NCBI GenBank assembly: GCA_008632985.1
Contig: QPGO01000016.1
Coordinates: 406,840 to 470,839 of the forward strand
DNA length: 64,000 bases
Direction of reading: 5' to 3'
Source of the DNA: Psammoneis japonica
Taxonomy: Eukaryota
Of this stretch, positions 46,601 to 57,809 are shown piece after piece (position 1 is the stretch's first letter; the number at the start of each line of letters is the position of its first letter). The notes under the pieces were generated by a model. It was not told where the DNA came from and did no database searches. It worked only from the letters and a program-made list of their open reading frames with translations. The position numbers were made by a program, and so were the translations under genes.

Positions 46601-48350
46601 TCATGGGGATGCAGTCAGAGAAACCATTTTTGCATGGCGACAACAGGAGACTGCTTGAGTGCAAAAAGAAAAACTGTGAACAGGAGCCAATTCTCTGAAC
46701 CAAACAATTGATCTGCCAGCTGCATTTTTTCCCCATCACCAGTTTGGGGAGGACTCCACCTTTTGTGGGGAGACACCACAATTGGGGCCAACTGCCCTCC
46801 ACTGCTGCCCAATGCTGGATTGCATCAATGCGCTGCACTCACATGTGGACCAGTCCATTCCCTTTGATGGCAGCCCAGAGCTTGCCCCTGCACTGCCATG
46901 CACACAAAATTTGACCATTGCACTGACCAACCAAGTCAACACACCAAATGCAACCCAAGCCACTTTCACTCTGCTGCTTCTGGTTGTGGCACTGCACTGG
47001 CCCAACTGGCGCCTCCCTTGGCATCATTGCATCTGTGCTCAGCACACAGCCATCACAAACTCACACACATTGACCAAAAGATCCATGGAATGAGCAGTGC
47101 TCTGTTGGATTCACCTGCAGAATGTGAGTGGTCAAGCCTTGCCCCATCTCAGAGCAGGAGCAAAACTCCTTCAGCTAAAATGCACTGATGTGACAGCATG
47201 GCTGAACTCAACTTGGGTGCCAATGACAAATGACAAAATGTGGAAAGTGCTGCAGGTCCTCAAGCACTGCTCTCTGTCACAGATGAAGAGATCAAGACCC
47301 AGGGAAGTGTCACATGAAAGTCAAAGTGTTGCGGCTCAATGGCGACATGACATGCTGGACCACTTGGACACCCTGCACAACAACAATCCTTGGCTCCCTG
47401 TCAACTGTGCATGTGTCCACATTGCATCTCAATGACCATGGTTGCTGGCAGTGGACCCAAGAAGAAGACCCACCCATGATTGATTCTGACCAATGCTCCC
47501 TGGTTGCCAAGGCAGTGAAAGCCACCAAGGCCAAGTCAATGGCACAGCAGTTTGGTCTTGGCTGGCATCAAAGTGCTTTCCTCCTTCAAACACACCCTCC
47601 ACATGTGGGATGAACTCCATGGCAACACACTTTGGCAAAATGTCATTGACACCAAATTGCAACAGACCAACAAATTTGGCACCTTCAAACCATGGGAATG
47701 TGGCCACCTCCCCACTCCTTGAGGAAGGCTTTAAATGTGTCCCCTGCCAAGTCATCTCTGCTGTCAAGTTTGACCTCTGCTGGAAAGCACACCTTGCAGC
47801 CATGGTCAACTTTGCTGATCCCCCAAGGGAAGGCACACATGTTGCACTTCACTCCAAAGGGCCAATGCTGTCAGCTTGGTTGTGGCTCCTCCTGGTGCTC
47901 CCAAGTGCAATGTGCCACAGCTGCCATGGACTGAAGACACATGCTTGGAGGCATCTGGGTTGGCACAGCAACCAGCAAATTGAAGCACAGATGACAGCAC
48001 TTCATGGATGGCTGCACACCAATGAAAGACAACTCCACCTCCTCCACTTCATCATGTTTTTCAACGGCAGCCTCAGCACCCAAATTTTTCTTCTGCACCA
48101 CCAATCAAATGTTCCACATGTTCATCAGCAGCCAGCCTTCTGTTGTGCTGGGAAAGTTCTTGTTGCTGAGGAGATTTTCCTGATTGTTTGCAAGAGCAGA
48201 GTCTGTGAAACCCAGTTGCTGGCAAATCCTGAAGCACACCAAAGGATGAAAAATCAGACTGCAGCCGGCAGCATGTTGGATGGCAGCAGCACCTGTGTCT
48301 GAGCAAACTCATTCTTCCTCCAGCTGTGACCCACGGCAATCCAACAATGC
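43700..48350 (+). mobile_element. Degenerate Ty1/copia (diatom CoDi-type) retrotransposon; confident core ~47300-47850
   Basis: KVKVLRLNGDMT.W (CoDi V.W..G..TW), NP.L..CA, QFG, and RT start GFKCVPCQVISAVKFDLCWKAHL.A..NF.DPP (canonical GYK.I.....F.VK.DL.RKARLVA.G..T.PP). No LTRs identified; outer limits approximate. Confidence 0.7.
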
Positions 48351-48844
48351 ACAGATGAGCAAAACCAAAGTCTTTCTTGAGCTGGAAAGTGACTCATGCA
48401 CCCAAGTGCAGAAAAGGGCAGTCCCTGCTCAAAGCATGAGTGCTGCGTGCATCACCGTCCACATGTTCCCAACAAATCTCCACCGTTTCACCAAACTGGC
48501 TCTTTGAAAGCAACACAGCCAACAAGGTGTGAACCCTTCTGCCACAGGGCAGCAGTCACATCCCACAATGACATCTTGCTCTTTGTGCCACTCATCCAAG
48601 GTGATTGCATCATTGGTTGATTTAGTGACAGGTGCACGTGCGAAACTGGCACACATGTGTGTTCACATGCGAGGTGCAAACAAGGGAAGGCACAGGCAAG
48701 AAATGAAAGAAAGGGATCAGTGACTAAACCAACAGCTGCTGGCATAGTCTGTCAACACAGATCAATGACGATGACGATCTTTTCAATGATTGGAAGCTCC
48801 GAGAATGTTCTGAATGCGAGGTTGGACACTACTTGCTTCCTCGC

Positions 48845-49900
48845 TCATCGCCAACGCAAGCCTTCCAGTGCAATGGCCATGTCATTTTCAGTCTGAAAAG
48901 GGACTGGATTATCATTGTCAATGGTGGAGCAACAAAACTGCAATTCAAAGTCACGAATCTGAACCTTGAATGCAGGCATTTTGGACAAAACTTTGCGAAT
49001 TTGCTTTCCTCGTTTGCGGCCTTTCAGCTCGGAATGCCAAAGAAATCCCTCATCCTCTGTGATTTTCACAGACATGTCTGCTTCACATTGAAAGACATTT
49101 GAAGAATTGTGCTCAGCCTGCACAATGAGAGCCTTTCCTCCAGCCTGAGTGCCATCCGCCTTGACTTCGTCGTTGAACCAATTGACACGAATTCCGCAGC
49201 CGTCACGGTCGTCGCACAAATCACATGAGTTCGTTTCGTCGTCTAGAATGCAAACTGACTTCATGTTGTCCCGCCTGAAGAGAGTGACTCGGAGGCTGGG
49301 TTCATCTGTGCACATGGCATCAACTACAATGCATTCAATGATGCCATCGTCATCGACCATGTCATCATCACCCAACCAAGATCCTGTTGACGCATTGCAC
49401 GGATTTTCAACTGCAAATTCCACCCCGGTGTCAGGCGCGTGCAACACATGTGGTTCATGCTGAATCTAATCATGCGTCCATGAAGCCATGATGTGTCGGT
49501 GATGCTTGTTGGAATAAATGGACCTGTTGGTTCGGTGGAGTTCCACAACTGCAAAGATGGAGCCAATCGGAAGGTTGTGACTGAGTGGAATTCTTGGAAC
49601 CTCCTCGGTCGGCACTTCCGCTGAGAGTGATTTAGCCAAGTGACGGAAATCCCAACTCGATTGTACAGAGAGACAACTCTGGACCGCATTCTCGGAATGA
49701 GTGTTTGCGCAGATTTGTTTCCATGAGTCTCCGCCTTCTTGACATGAGGAGAGCATTGCATTCCAGGATTTACACACTCTGGAAGCAGGTCCGACATCCC
49801 GAGCGTCAAGCCAGCGCATGACGAGCCGCCACGTAAAACCATCCATCACAAAGTTTGTTCTGTCAGCAGACGGGCTCACGCGATGATGCAGCGGTGATGA
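48845..49900 (-). pseudogene. F-box-like gene, paralog B (partly mutated, frame broken near 49460)
   Basis: FTWRLVMRWLDARDVGPASRVCKSWNAM...DSWKQIC is an F-box-like motif. Continues in ORF 48845-49447. Confidence 0.65.
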
Positions 49901-50054
49901 ATGCAATGATGCTTCGTTCGTTTGATGATTCTCGTTGTCCCTTTTTCTGAAAAGGCAGAAAGCCAAGGCAGAAATCTTTGAGAAGGACTCCATGAGCATT
50001 CGACACTGATTATGTGTTGCTGCCAAGAACTGCTGCAATGGTTTGATTTGCCTC

Positions 50055-50675
50055 ATTTGCCTTCTTGTTGCTGTTTTTTAAATGGAAGATTGAGGGAGCC
50101 TGTGCAGAGCGGAAGGGAACAGCAGAGGGAGGCACGGAGGCAGCTGTAGAGACGGCAGAGTAGAAGGGTCGAAGGACGCAAGACGAAGGGCGTTTTGAGG
50201 AAGGCATGGGTGAGGAGGGGGCAGGGAGAGAGGAAGTGAATCGGAGGATGTGCATGGAAAGGTGAAGAACGACGTTGCAGCCAAGAGTTTGGGTGGCCCA
50301 CTGGGATGGGGTGGCTGTGCGGCAGGTGCTCCCAAAGTGATCGGCGGACAGGCGACGCCATGCGAAGTCAGCAGAGGGAAGGATTGCAGACGGAGACGAT
50401 AAAGCGTAGAGGAAGGCGGAGTAGGAGGCATCGGAGTGACGAAAGTCAGAGGAAGAGGACCAGGGTGGCTTGGGCTGAGAGCAGACGGAGGAGGATGTAG
50501 AACCAAAGAGCAAGCGGTGGGCAAAGTAGCCGAGACCACCAAGGTGATCTACAGTGAAGGGGAGCAGGAAGATGCCATTGTTGTTAAGCGAAGAAACAAC
50601 AAGGGATCCATCGGTAGAGGAAGTAGAGGGGCCAAGAAACTTCAATCTCGCGCTCGAGTGGTGTGCCTTTCCTCT
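50055..50675 (-). mobile_element. Third CRE-like LINE 3' fragment, largely unmutated
   Basis: KAHHSSARLKFLG...IFLLPFTVDHLGGLGYFAHRLLFG...RRLSADHFGSTC, homologous to copies 1 and 2 (RQLSPDHFGSSC at ~2620-2660). A-rich 3' end at ~50075. Confidence 0.7.
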
Positions 50676-50931
50676 CCCGACGATCCTTCTCTGAATATGT
50701 ACCGGTGCCGTATGATTTTTCAACACTCGCTGAATGATGGCGCGGATCAGCTGATTTGAGAAAGGGCACATGTGCTTTACCAATCGATGTTGAAGTTGCA
50801 GTTAGAGTGTGCGCTCAAAGGGTGATTTTGGTCATAATTATATATACGTCGCCAAAACTTAAATTCGAGGGCATTCTAAATGGAGAAGACACAGCATCAT
50901 CTCAAATCTCAAAACACCGAGCTGGAGCACC

Positions 50932-52139
50932 ATGATGTCGTCCTCTACCGCTGCTCCTTCCTCAGCTTCTTCAGACCATAGGACATCGTCAACGATAAGC
51001 AATGGTACAACCCCAGAAAGCCTTCCTCTTGCGTCGTTACAAATGGACGTGGGGCTAGTTGACTCGCATCTTTTAAAGTTGCTGTTGCCTCGGTTTATTG
51101 GCATGTTTAAGCATGTTCGACCATCCATGGGCGGCTTGGAAGAAGTCTTTCTGCATCTGATAACTCTGTGGTTTACATGTGCACAGACACCAGCAACAAA
51201 AGCACTGGGAATGCGTGTACAAGACCGCGGCTCATCACAACAAAAATCATTGGCAGCTGCAGCTAGCATTTCGCATTCCACAGTCTGGAGACTTATGCTG
51301 CTGTCTGTCGTATTGCCGACCCTGTATCAGAAATTAGTTTCGTGGTACGAAAGTTCTTTATCCAACACAACGACTCAAACAAGAATAGATCAATTGGCCA
51401 TGGAGAGAAAAAGAAAACTGATTCAAGGTGTAATGACTGTAATTCAACGGACGGTTCCCATTTTGAGGTTGACAACTCTTCTAAGTTGCTGGTGCGGTCG
51501 TTCCAATTCACCAAGCTTGGCCATGTGCCTTGTTGGATTGAATTACCGTCAAGAAGATCAGAGTCCCCCGCTCAATGTCACGTATGCGCATCGACGGTGG
51601 CTCTATGAGGAGTTTTTGCGCACGTTGCAAGATGTATCTCCGTATTCACGAACTTGCTCCTTTCGCTCGTTGAACTCGTGGTGAGTGTTTGCCAGCAGCG
51701 CTCCGACCGGAATGCTTTCTACCTCGTCGTACGCTTGCGTCTCTTATTGTTATATGTATTTACTCTCAATTTCACTATCTCACTAGGGTGACGGATTACG
51801 TACCATCGTTTCTGAAAAGACGCAGCAATACCACTGACTTTCCTCGGTAGGAACATTTTGTTTTTTGCGTAGGGCCCTATAGATGCGACCTCTAGAGTCC
51901 AGTCCTCTTACCTCTTTGCCCTTTTGTGCTTTACGTTCCGCAGCTGCGTTCTATGCGAGACGACTCCAATATCCATACCATACACTACAAACTGTGGGCA
52001 CTTGTATTGCTACACGTGCTTATGGAATGCCGTCTTGGATAATCCGCGTTTCAAATGCCGAGAATGTGGACAAGTGGTGCGGAGCAGCAAGCCTTTTGTC
52101 CCCATACGCACACCTACTCGTAAAGGAAATGGACCATGA
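50932..52139 (+). CDS. PEX2: Peroxin RING-finger protein, PEX2-like; exons 50932-51680, 51787-51846 and 51944-52139
   Basis: Pex2/Pex12-type N-terminus (TPATKALG, YAHRRWLYEEF) and RING CVLC...CGHLYCYTC...CREC. GT-AG junctions keep the frame. Confidence 0.75.
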
Positions 52140-52335
52140 TTAATAAGAACGGAAAATATGCACACGTCAAGACAATTCTTATGTTGAACGTGGCTCTGCT
52201 CTGTCGGCGATATCACATGAAATCTATTTATGCTAACCCACAGCGTGAGATGTCTACGGTACCATCAGTAATTCAAAATTGTGCGATATGAAAGGATGAA
52301 ACAGTGTCTCTGACCCGCGAGGTTCCGCAACCCCT

Positions 52336-53675
52336 CTACGGCTTTGGAGTGCTCTTGGCCTTTGGACAGTTTTTGCCGTTTGCGTTCCCAAGATACTCAC
52401 TAGCGCCTCGACCATTTCTATCTCGGGACCCGCCTTTTGGAATAATTGTCATGGACAACAAACTATCACCCTTGATAGCGCTGCCGTTTCCTTGTGCTGC
52501 TTTGCTGCCGGTATCTCCTCTTCGTTCAGCACTTTGCCAAACAAGTAGCCCGATTCGTCGCAACCATATCTCTTGGACTTCCGACTCAAGGGATTGCCAC
52601 AATCAAACATGGAAACGAAATTGACAAAGCCTTTAGGGGGGAGGAAATCACCCTCTTTAACTCCAGGTGCACCACTATCAAAGCCTGCGACAATATCATT
52701 AAATAACCTTCTTTGCCATAAACAGCAGGAAAGACACTGTGTGTTGAGTTGTCGTTTCCCGTTCCATTCCAGTCTCTGATAGGATCCTTCGTATCAGCAC
52801 CCCTAAAGGCGGATAGAAACATCCATGCAGGGTCTTCCCGGCTTTCCCACGGACTCAATACGAACGACAGAGATGTCGAGCCACGCAGCTCAGCTGTTCC
52901 CGCTTCCTTATAGAATATCGACTGCGCCAAGTCTCTACCTCGACCCTCAGTCTTTTTTCCAAGTTGACCGCCTCCGCCAAACTTCTCACAAAAGACGTTC
53001 TTCGTTCCAACAAGCTCGTCTTTTGGAGCACAAACCATGCAGTCAAGATATGTCGAACAATCTTTTCCATTTCCAGTTTTGTAGCATTCACACGCACGAG
53101 TCCATCCACCAGAATCGTTTATTGCTAAAGGCAAATAGTCGTCAGTTCGATGGAGAACCAAGAGAAGCAAATCACCAGCCTGTGTGCCTTCGGGAATTTT
53201 GATTTTTGCCTTGTACACGTTTGAACCTGTCACGTATGAACTTGTGGTTCCAACGTGCCTGATCTTCTCAACGCTTTGTACGGGAGTGCTTTGAGGCTTT
53301 CCCTTGCTATAACCTGGCATTTTTCCAGGACGAATGCAGAAGTCTCTCCAAGCATTGCCAGAGCCGAGGCATCCAGGAACATGTTTTTGAGTACGTTGAA
53401 AGCACCTGAAGATAGAGTAAAGAGAATCGTGATTCATGTGAGCATATTTCGTTGTAGAGGAACAAGGGATTATTTCTTTTGCAATTATTGGAAGTGAAAA
53501 ATTACCTGAGGGGTGGCTGGCAATCCTTGTCCGTATCACAGTCGCCCTCGCAAACGCCGAGTTTTTTTCTCGAAGGCTTTCTCCATCGAAGCCGCGGCTG
53601 CGCATGAGCGAGTGGTGGAATAAGAACCGCCCAGCTCAGAACGTAGGAGAACGCAATGACCCCGACAGTAAACAT
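52336..53675 (-). CDS. Frustulin-ACR-module protein, family copy 1; intron 53406-53505; two -1 frameshifts (~52684, ~52525)
   Basis: Signal peptide, LGVCEGDCDTDKDC...CFQR..VPGC.G.G...DFC, and a C-terminal domain colinear with the 56044 and 60510 genes. Confidence 0.75.
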
Positions 53676-54199
53676 TATTGTGGTTTCCGATTCGGTCGCG
53701 GTGAAGAGCGCACTGTGATAATCAAATATGATGCTTGACAGGTATACTGTAAAGCTGAAAATCAGAAGCACCTTTTCCGCTACAATCGGCAACTTCGATG
53801 GTCGAATGCGCCTCGCTTCCCTCGTTCTTGTTGGGCTAATATACGACCAACCGTTCAACCACGAATCAATTCAATTCAGAAAAATGCCCGTAGGACCCTT
53901 CCCTTACGATGTTTTAGATGAAATCAGAAGGCACACCACTGAATCAACAACTCTCATAAGTGTTTCATCACCACATCGGGCGATGACCCCCAAAAAATGT
54001 GACTGGGCAGGGCGCGCTCATTTTCGAGTTTTTGTCGAATGCCGCAAATTGTCGCAAGGGCAATGCCTACTAAGTGAAACTTTCTAATTATTCAACCGCA
54101 TTTTCTCTATTTTCTTGATGCTAACTTTATCATAAATACAAATTAATCGTACAAAATGACATTTGACATTTTTTTTACGTCGGGGCTCACAAGGTTGCT

Positions 54200-55640
54200 T
54201 CGTGCTTCACCGCTGCAAAAAATGCCGACCAATGCAACGGTGGCACGCCGACGCAATGACTTTTACCAGTGAGCATGTCAGATGCATCCAACTGGCATTA
54301 GCATGCTGGCAGGATCCATGCATTGCATGGCACCGAAACAACTCACAACACTCAAGCAAGCAACAAAGCCGCTGGTGCGCGTGTCGCCTCTTGTTTGACG
54401 CTGGGCCAGTGCCTCTGATTGGCAGGTTACACAAAAACACCACAAAGGCAAACAGTGGACAAAAACTGAAAAAAAGCATCCCAAATGCAAGGCCAGAATG
54501 GAGAGTCGCCTGAAAACCTGCAAGCAGCCGGGGGCAGTCAAAGAGCAAAAAATGACGCAGCTGTGGCACACAGTGATTGCCAGTTCTCTGCACAAAAACA
54601 AGCAGCTGCACAATGGAGAGCAAACCACAATCTGACCCCCAAGCTGCCCAAGGTTGGCAGCAGCCCATGGCGCTCTCTGGCTGGAGCACTGGGTGCCATT
54701 TTTGCCAGCTCCTTGTGGAAGAAAAAAATGAGTGTGTTGCACACATCACAAGGGGGCTTTGTTGCGACAACTTCTGGCAACAGTCAGCCATGGAAGGAGC
54801 CTGAAAAGAAGAGTTTGCTGGCAACAAGCAAAAACATTTTGCAGCACTGGTTGTGCTGGATTTTGTGCAAGAAGAGATTGGGGCACAAAAGGGTTGGGAG
54901 CAGACAAGTGTGGAGCCTCGTCACCTGACACAATGAAGCACAAGTCTCAGCAACACAATGAAAAAAGAGAAGAGTCACACCTGGGCAATGTTCACTTGAC
55001 AAGAGAGTGTGAACACCATGCACAAGAAAGTTGTGTGACTGGGTTTGCGCCAGCTCTGGACAAAAGGAAAACACCACCCAGCACACAGCATTCTTTGACA
55101 TTGTTTTCACATGAAATCTCTGCTGGCCCAACAGCAGTGTCCTGAAAAATGCAACACATCATCATGCATGGATGGCAAGATCAACTTTGTTGAAAAAAGT
55201 TGGCTGGCCACTGCGACCAGAGCACCCCACACAGAAACTTGTTTGGAGAAAACGCCCCCTTGAGAGTGTGCTCAAGAGACTGTCATTGCCCCCCTCTCCT
55301 CAAAGTGTGCATGCACTGAAAGCAAAGAAAGTGGCAAAAAGAACCGCTGTTGCCAGTCAGTGCACGCACATTGTTGGCTCCCTTTTCTTTTGATCAAACT
55401 GTTCTGGCCATTTGCGTTGATCACAGTTCTTGTCATTTTCAGCTGTTTTCCCTTCTTTCAGATGAGACCAAATGTTCTTTTGAAGATGAAGCAGTCACAG
55501 CAACACTCAAATGCTCCCATCTCTCCCCCCCTCTAGCCCAGCTGTCCACTCCAGAACTGTCATGGAAAAACCGCATGATGTGACCTGCAGACTTCCCAAG
55601 TCTGGCAGCAGCACGTGCAGCACACAAAAATTGAAAGCTG
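54200..55640. other. TpA/CpG-depleted island 5 (degenerate insertion, weak piggyBac-like hints)
   Basis: Same dinucleotide signature. Located between family copies 1 and 2. Confidence 0.8.
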
Positions 55641-56043
55641 AAAGCACGAACAGTTCTCTACTGCTCTAGCTAGAGAGCAGCTAAAGTACTGCACATGTCA
55701 CTCAGCAGTCGATAGATGCAAGCACAAACAACTATGACAGCTTTTAGAAACTTTGCCAAGTCAGGCAGTGGAGCAAGTGGTGAGAGGAAACATTAACATG
55801 TCTTCGCGGCTGAGAATGAAGCTAGCTAGCAACGGAAAATTGTCCGAATATTTTTTTGTAGGTAGAGTTTTGATGACTAGAAGTATTTTGAAGCATGTAC
55901 CGACGTAAAGGTGTAGACACTGAAAGTTTCGTCACCGTCGATATGAATTCTGTTCAAACACACATGGACACTGGGACAGATAGACCAGGGTTCACCGTCT
56001 AACCACGATCTGGTCAATTGGAGAGATTCGGAAGTCAAGATGC

Positions 56044-57315
56044 CTACTTTGGTCGCTTTCTTTCTTCCGGGCAATCTTTGCCATTGGAATTTCCAAGCCA
56101 TTCACTTGCGCCTCGGCCTTTTCCATCGTGGGCTCCTCCCTTTGGCATAATCGTCATGGACAACAAACTATCGCTTTTTACGAATCGTCCATTGCCTCGT
56201 GTTGTCTTCTGGCCGGTGTAGCCATTCTTTTTCAGGATTTTTCCAAACAGGTAACCGGACTCATCGCATTTATAACTTCGTGACTTCCGACTCTTGGGGT
56301 TGTCACAATCAAACATTGATTCGTAATTGTCAAACCCCCGAGGTGGAAGGAAGTCGCCTTCTTTTACACCAGGCGCACCGCTGTCAAAGCCCTGGGAAAC
56401 AACCATCAAATCCCCTTCTTTACCGTAGACAGATGGAAAGACACTGTACGTTGAGTTGTCATTTCCAGTTCCATTCCAGTCTCTGATAGGATCCTTCGTA
56501 TCGGCGCCTCTCAACGTAGTCAGAAACATCCACGCTGGGTGATCCCGTTCCTCCCATGGACTCATGACAATGGTTAGGGTCTTTGATCCACTCAACTCCT
56601 CTCTTCCAGCTTCTTTGTAGAAAACAGACTGGGCCAAATCTTTTCCGGAACCGTCGGTTTTTCTCCCAAGTTGACCACCCTTATAGAACTTTTCACAAAA
56701 CAGGTTCTTCGTTCCGACGACATTCTTCTTTGGGGCACAATACTTGCAGTCAAAGTACGTTGAACAATCCCTACCATTGCCGCTCTTGTAGCATTCACCC
56801 GCCCTTGTCCATCCATCATAGTCATTTATTCCCAAAGGGCAAAAGTCGTCGGTGCGATGAAGAACCAAGAGAAGCAAGTCGCCGGGCTCTGTACCTTCAG
56901 GAACTTTGATTTTTGCTTTGTATATATCCGAGCCCTTGACGTAAACTCGTGTAGTTCCAATGTGTTTGATGCGTTCAACCTCGTTGATGCTTTGCTTCCC
57001 TCCAATCTCTCTTTTGTGGCGCTTGAGCCCTCCACCCCGTTCCTTTTCCTTGCTTTTGCTCTGGTCATTGTCATCGGCTTCTATGCAATAGTCTCTGCCG
57101 CTTCGTCCACTTCCACGACAACCAGGCACGGGAGTTTCGTCGTCGCGCTTGAAGCACGAGAGGCCCTTCTGGCAATCATTGTCGCTGTTACAGTCGCCTT
57201 CGCAAAGGCCCAGCTTAGTTCCGGACGAACGCCTTTTCCATCTGAGCTTTGGTGGCGCCGCACCGGTTTTAGTAAGGATGACTAAACAAAGAAGCCAGGG
57301 GATTACGCGCTGCAT
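56044..57315 (-). CDS. Frustulin-ACR-module protein, family copy 2
   Basis: Signal peptide, LGLCEGDCNSDNDCQKGLSCFKR...VPGCRGSG...DYC, then a ~300-aa domain with VPEGTEPGDLLLLVLHRTDD. Confidence 0.85.
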   Translation of the reverse strand: MQRVIPWLLCLVILTKTGAAPPKLRWKRRSSGTKLGLCEGDCNSDNDCQKGLSCFKRDDETPVPGCRGSGRSGRDYCIEADDNDQSKSKEKERGGGLKRHKREIGGKQSINEVERIKHIGTTRVYVKGSDIYKAKIKVPEGTEPGDLLLLVLHRTDDFCPLGINDYDGWTRAGECYKSGNGRDCSTYFDCKYCAPKKNVVGTKNLFCEKFYKGGQLGRKTDGSGKDLAQSVFYKEAGREELSGSKTLTIVMSPWEERDHPAWMFLTTLRGADTKDPIRDWNGTGNDNSTYSVFPSVYGKEGDLMVVSQGFDSGAPGVKEGDFLPPRGFDNYESMFDCDNPKSRKSRSYKCDESGYLFGKILKKNGYTGQKTTRGNGRFVKSDSLLSMTIMPKGGAHDGKGRGASEWLGNSNGKDCPEERKRPK

Positions 57316-57809
57316 TCTACCTCTGATATATTCAAGAATGAGGTGCTACCGCATTCCTGTGCTAGCTACTTCTACCTCTGAGGATGAATCGTCGGAAGGT
57401 AGCACGAAGGTGAAAATGGAGAGTTTGTGACTACACTACTTGTTCTGTGTTCATAAAAGAAAATGCTCTTTAGGAAGGTCATTTTCAGAGGGCTTAAATA
57501 TTTGAGCAGGACCAAGGCACGACCAGTCGTGGTTTGAATTTTGCTGTGGTAACGCTGGAAAAGGGGGGGAAATGATGTATGGAACCGGTGCTAGCTGTTT
57601 CCTCTTGAAAAGAAACAATTACTTCTAAAGAATGGTTAGTGGAGGATCTTTTGAGAAGAGTCATCTATTCCTATTTGTACATCTTAACGTGAATAGAACT
57701 ACCGGGATATCAGAAACAAGCAAACATTATTTCTTATAGAATAACAGTCATTTTTACTATTTGTGCTACCCGAACTGAGGTTAAGTTAACCTTGCAGCTA
57801 GGAGCCTCA

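Larger units (their letters stand above)
42190..50050. other. TpA/CpG-depleted island 4 (F-box paralog A, copia relic, F-box paralog B)
   Basis: By manual reading, no TA and no CG in 44311-45062, and no TA in 45066-46308. The edges are graded. Confidence 0.95.

Noticed and set aside
42250..49860. The 1.4-kb direct repeats as LTRs of the copia relic
   Set aside because: They differ by many indels and non-TA/CG substitutions, encode an F-box-like protein, and show no clear TG...CA ends, PBS or PPT. Older tandem paralogs fit better.
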